From positions 1 through 64,000 of the forward strand of contig CAWDLW010000043.1 of assembly GCA_963803145.1 (NCBI GenBank): a stretch of 64,000 nucleotides of DNA, in the 5' to 3' direction. Made by a program: the position numbers and the translations under genes. The DNA is from Methanotrichaceae archaeon (lineage in GTDB: Archaea > Halobacteriota > Methanosarcinia > Methanotrichales > Methanotrichaceae). The notes under the pieces are model-generated. The model made no database searches, was not told the DNA's origin, and worked only from the letters and a program-made list of their open reading frames with translations. Position 1 is the first letter of the stretch. Each line of letters begins with the position of its first letter. Positions 1-10,130 of the stretch are shown in pieces.

Positions 1-1014
1 ATAAGAAAAGGTCTCTAAAGACAAGAGTAGGCGAAATAACCTTGAGACAAGCCCCAGCTAAGGGAAACGTCCTTCGAGACAAAAGTATTCGATAGATATT
101 CTCGAATAGAGAAGGCATTGATAAATGCTGTTGCAGAATCCTATATTCAAGGAGTCTCAACTACAAAATTCCAGGATATAGCTTCTCATCTTGGGCTTGA
201 TCAGCTATCACCTTCAAGTATATCGAGGATTTCAAAAGAATTAGACGATAAGGTTAATGAATTCCTCAATAGATCTATCGAAAAGAAGATAAAATATCTA
301 TTTGTCGATGCTAGCTACTTCAAGGTTAGGGTTGAATCAAGATATGTCAACAGAGCCTTTCTGATTATTACAGGAGTTCGTGAGGACGGTTATCGCGAAA
401 TACTTGGTGCAAGAATTGCAGATGGAGAGGATGAACTATTTTGGTCTGGACTATTTGACGATTTGAAGCTTAGAGGATTATCTGGAGTGGAGTTAGTTGT
501 ATCAGATGGCCATAAAGGAATTCAAAAAGCGGTTCAAGAATCATTTCTAGGTGCATCATGGCAGATGTGCCATGTTCATTTCATGCGTGCCGTATTGAAA
601 AATATACCTAACAAGTATAAAGATGAGATAGCCCAAAAAGTCAAAAAAGCTTTGGATAGTGAGCAAGCTATTCAAACTCTGTCTGATGAACTAGCGGATA
701 GAGGATATTCAAAGGCTCTTGATACCGTTGAAAGGTTTAGATTCGATTTATGGAATTATAGAGCTCTTCCAAAGAGCCACTGGAGACGGATAAGAATTAC
801 TAACTGTATGGAAAGAATAAATAAAGAACTTAAACGAAGATCTCAGTCGTTGGGGCTTTCCCCAATGATCAATCATTCATGAGATTAGGTGTCTCTATCT
901 TAATCGATATCAACGAGGAATGGGTCACAGGTAGAAAGTATTTATCTTGGGATGAGGAGTGACTAATGAAGGATACAGGGCTTGGACAAATTACAGAAAT
1001 ATCGTCACACTACC
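1..1014 (+). mobile_element. IS256-family insertion sequence (right part), degenerate; the left end lies outside the window
   Basis: Mutator-type DDE transposase motifs (YLFVDASYFKVR, VVSDGHKGI, WQMCHVHF, RITNCMERINKELKRR). An IS256-like terminal sequence TTACAGAAATATCGTCACACTACC ends at 1014. Confidence 0.85.
3..962 (+). pseudogene. IS256-family transposase, frameshifted
   Basis: Frame changes near 44-46 (RSLKTRVGEITL / DKPQLRETSFETKVF) and near 844-846 (KRRS / VVGAFPNDQSFMRLGVSILIDINEEWVTGRKYLSWDEE*). ORF track 118..882 covers only the middle part. Confidence 0.85.
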
Positions 1015-1158
1015 CCCTCAGAGCCCATCCCCATGTATATCGATTAAGAAAATATGTCGAAAGGATAGCTAGGCCGAAAGACAGTGATTTGATATAAAGA
1101 TATAAAGGATGTACGGGCGAGCTCAGCTCCCCGCACATTAAGCAAAAGGATTCACTGC

Positions 1159-1560
1159 TTAATACGGTATTTTAAGGGTGTTGTTTTTATAAATCGATCC
1201 TCCACCAGCCAACACTTTGGTGATGTTATTGTCCGGCGGCAGAGGCAGCCTGGTTACTCCAGTCTTGATCTCATCCAGCGGGTTCATTGTGGGATAATCT
1301 CCGCATGCGGGGAAGTCAGTTCCTATAGCAATAATAGCCCCACTATCAATGAAACTCTTCATGGGCATCATGTGTTCGGCCCTTTCAGGCCCGAGGTAAG
1401 CGAGATTATTCTTCTAGAAGGTCGCGTCGTAGTAGAACCAGTTGGGCGACGGCACTGGAATGACGCCCAGATCAGATCCTTGAAGCCGACAGGTCCTGAG
1501 GCGATACAACAACGACATGAGCTATCTTATGCCTGGAGTCTCTCTTGCCATGGCAGATGC
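1159..1560 (-). pseudogene. Amidohydrolase family 3 (YtcJ-like) fragment
   Basis: The minus strand reads RHKIAHVVVVSPQDL / DLGVIPVPSPNWFYYDATF*KNNLAYLGPERAEHMMPMKSFIDSGAIIAIGTDFP...NPLDEIKTGVTR. There is an in-frame TAG at 1414-1416, a frameshift near 1470-1490, and both ends are missing. Confidence 0.7.
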
Positions 1561-1586
1561 TTCAATCTATGTTCTGGGCCGTCTTC

Positions 1587-3815
1587 TCAGCTCCACCAGT
1601 GGAGTATGTTCCTGGCCACAGACCACCTGGTTGCATTATTCTGAGCCTGCTTTCCCAGGATCCAATATTCATATTTCTTATCCAGCTCGCCATAAGCCGA
1701 CTCCGTCTCCAGCCAGCCGTTTAAGAATCTCAGGAACTCCTCGTCGCCATTGAGGGCTATAGGATAGGCGAGCAGGACCTTGTAGGCATCATCGGGCTGG
1801 AATACGGCCACATCATAGTAGGGATGAAGTACGGTCATGACTGACCCACCTTCAGCAGTAGTCAGCAGTGCATCGGCCTTATCTCCTGTAAAGAACTCCT
1901 CAGTGTTGTTGAGCTTCATAAGAGCTGCCCGGGGAAATAGCCTTGTTGATATGTTCTGGAATATGGTTCCATTTTCAACAGCCACCCTCAGGCCCTCCAT
2001 CTTCTGGATCTCCTCCAGGCTCAGGAACTCATTCTTTCTGTGGTCTCTTACTATCATCGCCAGGTGGAGGGTCATGTACGACCTGGTGAACTTCATATCT
2101 TCCATCCTGCTATGGGTCATGGATATGCCGGCCATCACCAGATCACAAGTCCCCTGCTTTAATGATTCGGCCATGGACCCGTAGGAGATTGGCACAAACT
2201 CCAACTTACTGACGCCCATGAACTGAGCCAGTTCGTAGGCCATCTCCACGTCATACCCCACTAGAGATCCCTTTTTATTAAAGAAAGCAAATGGAATCGC
2301 GTCGGAGCTGTAGCCCACTCTTAGGACGCCGCTATGCTTTATGCGGTCGAGAGTGCTTCCAGCCGCCACATTATCAGTACCGGCCTTTGGAAGATCCGTT
2401 TTATTCTTGTACACAATTACGATGAGCGAGGTGTTCTCCCTCCAGCTTTCCTGCTTTGGAAGATCCATTCCTCCCACGATCTCCTCTCCATGGTATGGGT
2501 TTGCCAGCATATGAGCAAATCCGAGCTTTAGGCCTATTATGGCTATAGCAAAGACCACTATAATGAGCAAGATCCCCGGAAGCATCTTCTTCAGCCTGAA
2601 TTGAGCAGGGCCGATGAGTAAAGATATGCAAATAATGGTGAAGGTGAATATTGACATGATGCTCAAAGGGGCTAATATATTGTGGGTTATTAATGATGCC
2701 CCAATATACAGATCAAAGGCTTTAGCAGGAAGATGCATGAGGTTTAGCAAGAATGGAATAAGTATGGCGCCTGAGCCGAAGGAGCTGGGAATTCCGATGA
2801 TCAGCAGGGTCAACTGCCCTGCCAGTCCCAAAGAGTTATTGTAGAACCAGGCTGCGAAAAGTATGAATAGAAAGGAGGCGAAGGACCCAAGTTTAGGGAC
2901 AATATAGGCCATTGGTACCAGAATCTCGCTGTAGGATCGGACATCTTGATTGCTTTTTCCTTTGATGTCAGTGCTCTGAAATAAGTTCTGTACTTCTTCT
3001 GAGATCAATTGGAGCGTGATGAAGATATTGCCGGTTGAGGCTCCCAGAATGACGGCCTTACTGGATGCTGAAAGTATATCTTTAAAAGCAAAGGACGTAA
3101 AACAGGAAGCCAACAAAGGCAGCACCAGCAAGATCAACAGGATGGATGCCACAGCCAGGGTTATGATGTAGACCTGTAGCTCGATAAAGCGCTCAATTGT
3201 GAGCGTCCCAGCTGTGTTAGCCACTATGAAGAAGATTCCCAAAGGGCATAACCTGGATAAAAGACGATTCAGGCGAGAGAATGCCGAGGACAAACCATCC
3301 ATCAGAGCTATCAGTGGCTTATTTTTTTTGTCTCCGATCAAAATAAATCCCACAATGAAGGAGAAGAGAACAACTGCTGGAAGATCTCCCTCGGACAGAG
3401 AGCGGAATATGTTGGAAGGTATGAAAACATCGATCAGATCAGATCCTTTGGAGTTGAGGATATCATTGGGACTATAAAACGAGGCTGCTGAAACATCGGG
3501 AAAAGTCAGCTGCATGGAAAAGAGCGCTATGATCCCTATCGCCCAAATCATAAGCATGGCCAGGCTTCCATTTTTGGCTAAGGGCCTGGCATCAGAGCTG
3601 TTCAGGCCGCCAATATTGGCGATGATGGATGTGATCACAAACGGCAGCAATGACACTTGCAATATATTGACGTAGATGGTCCCAATCGGCTCCAAGACTT
3701 GGCTTTTCTCTCCAAAGAACAGGCCCACGATAATGCCGGAGATTAATCCGATAAAGGTCTGCGCAGACAAGCTTAGCTTCGGTACCTTCATCCCAAGATC
3801 CTTTAAGCGTATCAT
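1587..3815 (-). CDS. Dicarboxylate/amino acid:cation symporter (DAACS/SDF) fused to a C-terminal family-3 solute-binding domain
   Basis: About 10 hydrophobic segments with DAACS-like motifs (FIPSNIFRSL, ILGASTGN), followed by TLDRIKHSGVLRVGYSSDAIPFAF...GYDVEMA (SBP_bac_3). Confidence 0.85.
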   Translation of the reverse strand: MIRLKDLGMKVPKLSLSAQTFIGLISGIIVGLFFGEKSQVLEPIGTIYVNILQVSLLPFVITSIIANIGGLNSSDARPLAKNGSLAMLMIWAIGIIALFSMQLTFPDVSAASFYSPNDILNSKGSDLIDVFIPSNIFRSLSEGDLPAVVLFSFIVGFILIGDKKNKPLIALMDGLSSAFSRLNRLLSRLCPLGIFFIVANTAGTLTIERFIELQVYIITLAVASILLILLVLPLLASCFTSFAFKDILSASSKAVILGASTGNIFITLQLISEEVQNLFQSTDIKGKSNQDVRSYSEILVPMAYIVPKLGSFASFLFILFAAWFYNNSLGLAGQLTLLIIGIPSSFGSGAILIPFLLNLMHLPAKAFDLYIGASLITHNILAPLSIMSIFTFTIICISLLIGPAQFRLKKMLPGILLIIVVFAIAIIGLKLGFAHMLANPYHGEEIVGGMDLPKQESWRENTSLIVIVYKNKTDLPKAGTDNVAAGSTLDRIKHSGVLRVGYSSDAIPFAFFNKKGSLVGYDVEMAYELAQFMGVSKLEFVPISYGSMAESLKQGTCDLVMAGISMTHSRMEDMKFTRSYMTLHLAMIVRDHRKNEFLSLEEIQKMEGLRVAVENGTIFQNISTRLFPRAALMKLNNTEEFFTGDKADALLTTAEGGSVMTVLHPYYDVAVFQPDDAYKVLLAYPIALNGDEEFLRFLNGWLETESAYGELDKKYEYWILGKQAQNNATRWSVARNILHWWS

Positions 3816-3904
3816 TCATTCCTATAATTAAATGTATAGGTCGAACTCCGCCAAAAGGCTGTATAAATATTAAAATTAAGTACATGCAACTATGATATAT
3901 GGGA

Positions 3905-4529
3905 TTGAGCCAGGACAGATGGAAAATAGTTAAATGGTCCTCTTCTTCAGAGTGACCGCTTTGTCCTTATGTCCTATTCAGAGCATATTTTACCGCAGCT
4001 TCTGAGTGTATCTTTGTGGTATCAAAAAGTGGGTCCGCGATGCTTTGGCCAGGCCAATGATCATCTCTTAGGCATTCAAGGCATCCAGTGCAGGATGTCT
4101 CTGGCTGTGCACCAGCGAGGCGACGCCTTTTGGGCTTCTTTTCGAAGTCTAGAAGAATCCAATAGTTCAGTAAATTGAGCAGAGATCGTCCTTGCTTTTG
4201 GCTACTGGATAGGCATAGAAATCGCAATGTGCGTCGTTTGGTTCAAGCTGGACCATGCCAAGATCCTGAAATACGAACAGGGAATAGCCATGGTGCGCCT
4301 TGTCGGCCCTGTGCATCTGCTGAACAATCAGCCAGCGCCCAGAGATATCGGAATCTGCATGGTGGTGGCCTTTGAGGGGACGATAAGCCGAGGACGAAGG
4401 CCCGAGGTGGGCGAGACTGTGCGCTTTTTGCCTGAGCACTGCATGATGCAAAAGGTGCATTCGGGCGTTGTGGTACACTCGGAGGGGAATAGGGTGAGGA
4501 TTGAGGGGATTGATCTGAAGGTCTGGTAG
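3905..4529 (+). pseudogene. Conserved hypothetical protein, multiply frameshifted; only the 3' part 4227..4529 is open
   Basis: Protein-like segments hop frames (LCPYVLFRAYFTAASECIF / RCFGQANDHLLGIQGIQCRM / GYWIGIEIAMCVVW...[18 protein letters not shown]). The 3' part has a paralogous copy at 6852-7126. Confidence 0.55.
4256..4529 (+). repeat. Direct repeat copy 1 (about 275 bp; copy 2 at 6852-7126)
   Basis: Long shared tracts, e.g. gagcactgcatgatgca, cctgtgcatct and gattgaggggattgatctgaaggt. Confidence 0.9.
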
Positions 4530-5045
4530 CCACATCAAGCAGTTTATTCATTCCTTCAGAGATATTGTACTCCATCTGAGTCTGCACTCCAGCAAAATAA
4601 TACTCCAGCGAAGCTGATGATAAAAGAAGTACTCTAGCTGGCATAGCAATCCCAATTTTATATTTTCTATAATCCATTTTCTCAGCTTTGATTATATAAA
4701 TCAGCTGAATTCGTAACTGTCCTAGATTCTATATAATCAAAACAGTTTTTATAAAAAGATCCTTATCAAGTGCATTTTGGCAAATAAGGATTTAAGGGAG
4801 AAATATGACGTGAAACTGTATTTGCTGCGAAGAATAATTATATTTGAATAGATGCGCAATAATGTCCGGTGATAAATTACGGAATTAACGACTTAAAAAT
4901 ATTTTTGTTTCATCTGATCTTGTTACAATTTGTCTGCCCCTCAAAATATTCAATTACTTTAAACGCTGAAAAAAATTAGAACAAAAGTTATTTATATGTA
5001 TATGCATTAATTTCAATTACTTAAGCAAAATATGAGGGATGATTT

Positions 5046-6536
5046 ATGAGAAGAGGAGAGAGAGTTAATCTTCCTTGGGTAGTGCCTATTGTTGCAATAC
5101 TACTGATGTTATTTTTGCTGAGCGCTTCAGGTAGTCAGCCCTCACTTGGTGAGGGAAATCAAAGCTCATGTGGAGCCTGTGGTCAGCAATCCAATATGCC
5201 AACGGAAAATGATAGCATATTAATGCAACAAACAAGCGGCATTGAGAGTGCTATTTTAGATCTGAATACATTTAGCGCGACGCAAATCACGTTTAATCTT
5301 AAGAAAAGTTCGTCTTCTACACAAGCCCAGAAAGTCATAACTGCAAATGATACAGCCAAGCATATCCTACTTAGAGCGAATGATGCGAGCAACGATAAAC
5401 TTAGATATGAAATTGTCAGCCTGCCCAAACATGGAGCCTTTAGCGGAAAAGCGCCCAATATAGTCTATAGGCCGGAGAAAGGTTACACTGGTAATGACTC
5501 ATTTAACTTCAGCGCCGATGATGAAAAAGGTAACAAGCAGATTGTTACTGTCGCGATCGATGTAGTTCAGCTTTATCATCCGCCCAATGTAATAATTCGT
5601 AGCCCTCAAAATGGGATGATCTTTACTGAAGATCCAGGATTATTGGCCGCATTAGTAACTATTCATGCCACTTCAACAGGGTATGTGTCGAAAGTGACGT
5701 TCTACGATGGTTTGACTCCACTGGATTCAGTCGATTGCCCCCCTGGCGAAGCTGATTGTCCTGTTAGCCTCGATGATTATCCATTCGATATAGGCACACA
5801 TACACTGATTGCAAAGGCAACGGATAGCTATGGCAAAACCTGTACTTCTCTGCCGGTAGTAATTATTGTTAATCCTCCAGAACCTACTGTAAAAATCACC
5901 AATCCTGTTGATGGACAATTATTTACCGCGCCTGCTGATATCTCCATTGCAGCCGAAGTTTCTGGCAGCAGCCCTGTGACACAGGTGGAGTTCTTTGCGA
6001 ACTCACAGAGCCTTGGTGTAGTCGAAACTGCACCTTATCAGCTCGATTGGACCAATGTGATGCCTGGGGTATACCATCTGGTCGCCAAAGCTACAGATGA
6101 AAACGGCGATGTAAGCATATCTAAGACGGTCTTCATCATAGTTGTACCAGCTAATCCGAATGCCAAATCCAACTTAGTTATAACTATGAGTTCCTCACCA
6201 ACTTTAGTACGCAAAGGCGGGAACTTCAACTATGTGCTAACTGTGACGAACAGAGGACCTGATAGTGCGAGCGATGTCGGGGTAACAGATCTTCTGCCAG
6301 ATGAGGTGACATACAAATCTTCCAAGGCTACCTTGGGCACCTACGATAGCTCTTCTGGAGTTTGGAGTCTGGGAAGTCTTACCAAATACCAAAGCGCAAG
6401 ACTAGTTATCACAGTGAATGTACCCCCCAACACTGCACCTGGGCAGATTACCAATACAGCAGATGTTGGAGGTGCAGAGACCGATCCTGACGACTCAAAT
6501 AACCATGCCACAACAATCACCAAGATAAGAGGCTGA
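5046..6536 (+). CDS. Secreted/surface protein with tandem Ig-like domains and a C-terminal DUF11 domain
   Basis: N-terminal hydrophobic signal, a cadherin-like/Big_9 unit (PKHGAFSGKAPNIVYRP...GNDSFNF), two Ig-like units (PTVKITNP...HLVAKATD) and DUF11 (YVLTVTNRGPDSA...TDLLP...DPDDSNN). Confidence 0.8.
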   Translation: MRRGERVNLPWVVPIVAILLMLFLLSASGSQPSLGEGNQSSCGACGQQSNMPTENDSILMQQTSGIESAILDLNTFSATQITFNLKKSSSSTQAQKVITANDTAKHILLRANDASNDKLRYEIVSLPKHGAFSGKAPNIVYRPEKGYTGNDSFNFSADDEKGNKQIVTVAIDVVQLYHPPNVIIRSPQNGMIFTEDPGLLAALVTIHATSTGYVSKVTFYDGLTPLDSVDCPPGEADCPVSLDDYPFDIGTHTLIAKATDSYGKTCTSLPVVIIVNPPEPTVKITNPVDGQLFTAPADISIAAEVSGSSPVTQVEFFANSQSLGVVETAPYQLDWTNVMPGVYHLVAKATDENGDVSISKTVFIIVVPANPNAKSNLVITMSSSPTLVRKGGNFNYVLTVTNRGPDSASDVGVTDLLPDEVTYKSSKATLGTYDSSSGVWSLGSLTKYQSARLVITVNVPPNTAPGQITNTADVGGAETDPDDSNNHATTITKIRG

Positions 6537-6539
6537 ATT

Positions 6540-6570
6540 TGGGGGTAAATCCCCCCAGCCTAATTTTATT
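6540..6570 (+). terminator. Putative terminator hairpin
   Basis: tggggg-taaatc-ccccca stem followed by a T-rich tract directly after the stop at 6536. Confidence 0.45.
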
Positions 6571-6851
6571 ACCATTAGTAACTTAAAATTCATGGTCATC
6601 ATTCTATTCGCTTCAATTTTAGCGCTGCAATTCAATAGAAATTTTATTTGGGGTGAGGAAAAGTTCTACGATTAACATAAGGCAGCAAGTTATTTGCAAA
6701 ACCTTGGACCAACATTAGAGAAAATATTGTACTGGCTCTAATGGGGCAAGACACCCTGCTACTAGTTCCTGCATCCCTTCAATCCAGATGCCCATCCAAA
6801 AGAAGGGGAAATATTGCGCTACAGGCCATTGGGCTGTCCGATAACTCACTT

Positions 6852-7126
6852 TGCCAAGACCCTCAAATATGAGCAGGGAATAGCCGTGGTGCACCTTGTC
6901 GGACCTGTGCATCTTCTGAACAATTAGCCGGCGCCCAGAGACATTGGAATCTGCATGGTGGCGGCCTTCGAGGGGACGATAAGCCGGGGTCGAAGGCCTG
7001 AGGTGGGCGAAACTGGGCGCTTTTTGCCCGAGCACTGCATGATGCAGAAGGTGCATTCGGGGGTGGTGGTGCACTCGGAAGGGGATGAGGGTGAAGATTG
7101 AGGGGATTGATCTGAAGGTGTGGTAG
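6852..7126 (+). pseudogene. Second, more decayed copy of the 4227..4529 gene 3' end
   Basis: CAG to TAG change at 6925-6927 and a 1-nt indel near 7080-7090 relative to copy 1. Confidence 0.8.
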
Positions 7127-7340
7127 TCGTTGCTATCGATTTGGCGAAAATAAATTTAAGTTAATTAGCCGTGTGGAAAAATTCGTCCTTCGGACAATCA
7201 TAATCCTCCAAAAAATAGGAAAGACGGCCACTATGACTGTTATCCTGTGGACGTACACAATTCTGTAAGAAAAGATTAAGGTCGAAGAACATAAATATAG
7301 CCAATACTATGCTTATGCAAAAAGCCATTGGTGATAAATA

Positions 7341-8165
7341 ATAAAGGAATTAAATATACATCCTGACGCGGTTAGATATTTCAATGATGAAGCTGAAAGA
7401 TTATATCAGGAGCTAGTTTGTAGCCCTATCCAAGTCTCGAAAAAGGAAGAAGACTCATTTAAGCCAAACTATTATATCTCCGCCAATCTCACTGAGAAAG
7501 ATATAATAGGGGACATAAAATCCAGCACGGTTGATTGGATAGGTAACGAGACAGCAGTCTTTTTTTATCATGATGGAGAAAAAATAGGAATATTCGAAGA
7601 AAACTACAAGAAATTGGTGAAATTATCCGAGAGCATGCAAAGAGTTCCGCAATTATCTCCTTTTGTTAGCGTATCTTTTATAAAAAACTCCATATTTGAT
7701 TGGATGAGGGGTAAATATCTTAATGAGTTCTCTTGCCCAATAATCGAATATATAAGTAGGATCTGCGAGAAAAAAGTGACGGAATCAGAGATCTGGATTC
7801 CACTTGCCTATACATATATTCAATCAGAAGTAAAGATTGGAAAAATAATATTAAAAACTATTACCAAAGAAATGCTAAATGAGTGGATCGATAGATGGGA
7901 TATGGTTAATGGGATAAAAAAGAAAGCTAAAAGTGAATTCATGGAAGAATACCAAGAAAAGCTGCAAGGGCTTGCTGCAGCAACAATTAGTCTTTATGCA
8001 GAGCCTCAAAGGGCGAATGAAATCGCAATAGAAGAAGCTGAAAAGGCTGCAAGTATCTTGAGAATTTTTTCTCCTGGAGTTTTTCATCCGAAAGTAATTT
8101 CTTGTTGTACCTTGATTGGAAATGAACACATCAAAATCAAACTGCGTGCGGCCACCCCACCCTAA
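7341..8165 (+). pseudogene. AT-rich hypothetical gene, truncated by the palindromic element at about 8143
   Basis: The frame is open from ATA at 7338/7341 (after GGTGA) through ORF 7614..8165. The last codons (LRAATPP*) derive from the inserted element. Confidence 0.55.
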
Positions 8166-8395
8166 AGGGATGGGGTATGCTTCGGGCCGCACGCCGATCG
8201 GTTTTCTGGAATCTAGTAATTGTCTATTTTTTGTTGTCCAGATCTCATGATCTGAACAATCGGAACCTTGCTTTCGGTTTCTAGAGATTCCTTGTTAATC
8301 AATCTAAGAAACATGAAAACCGGGCGAGGGTTCACTTCATCCCCAACCTAAAGGTCGGGGTATTCGTGACCCTCTGCACTCCCAATGTAATAAAT
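8143..8395. mobile_element. Non-autonomous palindromic element (IS200/IS605-type MITE/PATE-like)
   Basis: Left end: gcgtgcggcc (8144-53) pairs with ggccgcacgc (8185-94) and encloses hairpin ccccaccct-aa-agggatgggg. Right end: gagggttcac (8326-35) pairs with gtgaccctc (8366-74) and encloses ccccaacct-aa-aggtcgggg. No ORF inside. Confidence 0.65.
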
Positions 8396-8590
8396 TTGAG
8401 TTTATCGAGAAAATCGAAGAAATCCGATTAAGTTAAGTTCCGTCTAATAAATTTAATTTTATCAAATCTAATGGACTGCACCCCACCAACTAGACAATGA
8501 GTTAAGCAATGAGAACATTTAGAGGGAAGCTGGAGTAAAACCCCTTCGAATGGACAACAAGTCAAGCAATAAGATCCCTTGGAGGGTATT

Positions 8591-8737
8591 TCAAGCCTCT
8601 TTGAGCTTCTTGAACTCCATTAATAATGTGGCCATTGCTTCATCGCGGGTCGAGATCTTCATTTTCTCCTGGTATTCCTTGAGGACTAAAAAAGCATCAT
8701 CAGGGATTACTATCGAAAGACGCTTCATATCATCCAT
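8591..8737 (-). CDS. Small ribbon-helix-helix-like protein (48 aa, not in ORF track)
   Basis: MDDMKRLSIVIPDDAFLVLKEYQEKMKISTRDEAMATLLMEFKKLKEA*: an alternating beta-strand RLSIVI followed by two helices. Confidence 0.6.
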   Translation of the reverse strand: MDDMKRLSIVIPDDAFLVLKEYQEKMKISTRDEAMATLLMEFKKLKEA

Positions 8738-8819
8738 CCTTAAGTCTACCTACATTTAACTTTATTCTTAGTATACGTATATTACCTTAAGGGCGTAATC
8801 TGTTTATACCTTAAGGTAT
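8738..8819. promoter_or_regulatory. Divergent promoter with three CCTTAAG palindromic boxes (putative operators)
   Basis: CCTTAAG at 8738-44, TACCTTAAGG at 8783-92, and a perfect ATACCTTAAGGTAT at 8806-19 overlapping TTTATA at 8803-08. Confidence 0.55.
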
Positions 8820-8843
8820 TAGATTCTATAAAGGTGAGAGAAT

Positions 8844-9059
8844 ATGCCGGGCGCTGTGAAAATAAACGTTAAAATCCCGAACATCCAGGAAGCAGCTGAT
8901 AGATTGAATAACATGGGCTTAGCTGTTGGCGAATTCTCCGAGGCCATGCACGTCTTTAACTTGGAATTTCCCTTCGAAGTCGCCATAACGATCGTCGATG
9001 GCTGCGAAGGCTCTATCCGAGGCTCCTCTCAGGAGATCGCAGAAGCAGAGGCGGTCTAA
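8844..9059 (+). CDS. Hypothetical protein (71 aa)
   Basis: AGGTGA RBS upstream of ATG; abuts the next ORF. Confidence 0.55.
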   Translation: MPGAVKINVKIPNIQEAADRLNNMGLAVGEFSEAMHVFNLEFPFEVAITIVDGCEGSIRGSSQEIAEAEAV

Positions 9060-9623
9060 ATGGCTGCCCCAAACCATTCTGAAAACGCTGTTCTGACAGC
9101 CACCGATTCAATAACCGCAGGCATGCTATCAGAGCTGAGCACATCACTGGATGAGCTTTATCCTCTAGCTTCCAAGATTGCCGATCTGAAAAAGGAAACC
9201 CTGGAGAGAGAGGCAGCTGTCCTGAAAGCGATCCTGGAGAAGGTCACGCCTCTGGTGCCTCTGCTGAGTGAAGACTGCGAGCAATGTTACCGCCGTGAGA
9301 TTATCATCCTGACCAGAGAAGAAAGAGTACAGCTTGAGGAGGGTTTGGGCTTTTTTAGCGAGTACAATCTGATTCTCTATGAGAACGGACTGCTGGTAAG
9401 GACACATCGCTATGGCGAATTATCGGAAGGTCTGCACCTGGGATGGGAGAATACAGATGAAGATGTGCTTACACCTGAGGCGGCAATAATTACATTCGGT
9501 TTCACGGCCATTTCGAAGGGCTTGATAAAGGTTCTTGGTGATGCATCCTCGATGGTTATCCTCAAAGAGAAGCTTGAAGGCGATCTAGCGGCTTTAGCTA
9601 AGGCACTGGAGGCTTTACAATAA
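9060..9623 (+). CDS. Hypothetical protein (187 aa)
   Basis: Clean ORF starting immediately after the 9059 stop; acidic and helical composition. Confidence 0.6.
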   Translation: MAAPNHSENAVLTATDSITAGMLSELSTSLDELYPLASKIADLKKETLEREAAVLKAILEKVTPLVPLLSEDCEQCYRREIIILTREERVQLEEGLGFFSEYNLILYENGLLVRTHRYGELSEGLHLGWENTDEDVLTPEAAIITFGFTAISKGLIKVLGDASSMVILKEKLEGDLAALAKALEALQ

Positions 9624-9647
9624 AGGGATGAGCAAATCCTATCTTAT

Positions 9648-9830
9648 TCAACCTTATAGCATATGATATCCAAAACCTTCCCCCAGCGAGGGGTTATAAC
9701 CGGGGGGGGTAGCCCGCCCGGCGATTGAGGGCGCTGGAAAAGCCGTTTGTGTTAGCCCCAGAAAGTCAGTGCAGCTCTTGAATTATGTCGATCAGACAAT
9801 AAAGCAAAGTAAGGGTGGTTCTGCAATGTA
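9648..9830 (+). repeat. Structured dispersed repeat, copy A
   Basis: Shares aaaccttcccccagcgaggggtta, gtgttagcccca, gtgcagctcttgaattatgt and ctgcaatgta with copy B. Stem cgccc/gggcg closes loop ggcgattga (9715-9733). Confidence 0.85.
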
Positions 9831-9973
9831 CACCCTCATCCATGAACCCTCAGATTTCCTGCGTTAAGCGTTTTTCGCCTAGTTCCGATGATGTTTATGC
9901 TATCTGATAAAGGATCAAATTTTGCCATCTGACCATAAGCCCAAGTCTTAGTCAACTTTACACCGCTCTAATT

Positions 9974-10058
9974 CCGGGGTGCCCGCGAGTCGCTTCGCTC
10001 CCGCGCTGGCTGTCTACGGGCTGTCGCTCAATCGCCGCGACGGGCTAACGCCCTCCGG
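9974..10058 (-). repeat. GC-rich multi-hairpin element containing an inverted core of the same repeat (copy D)
   Basis: The minus strand reads gggcgttagcccGTCGC-ggcgattga-GCGAC. It also has an outer ccgg..ccgg stem and an extra cgcgag-tcgcttcg-ctcccgcg hairpin. Confidence 0.7.
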
Positions 10059-10130
10059 GACGGTTCACATGAGAAGAGACTACAGTGCGATCGTTTCCCC
10101 TTTGGCCACGATTCATTCCTCTTGTTTTCA

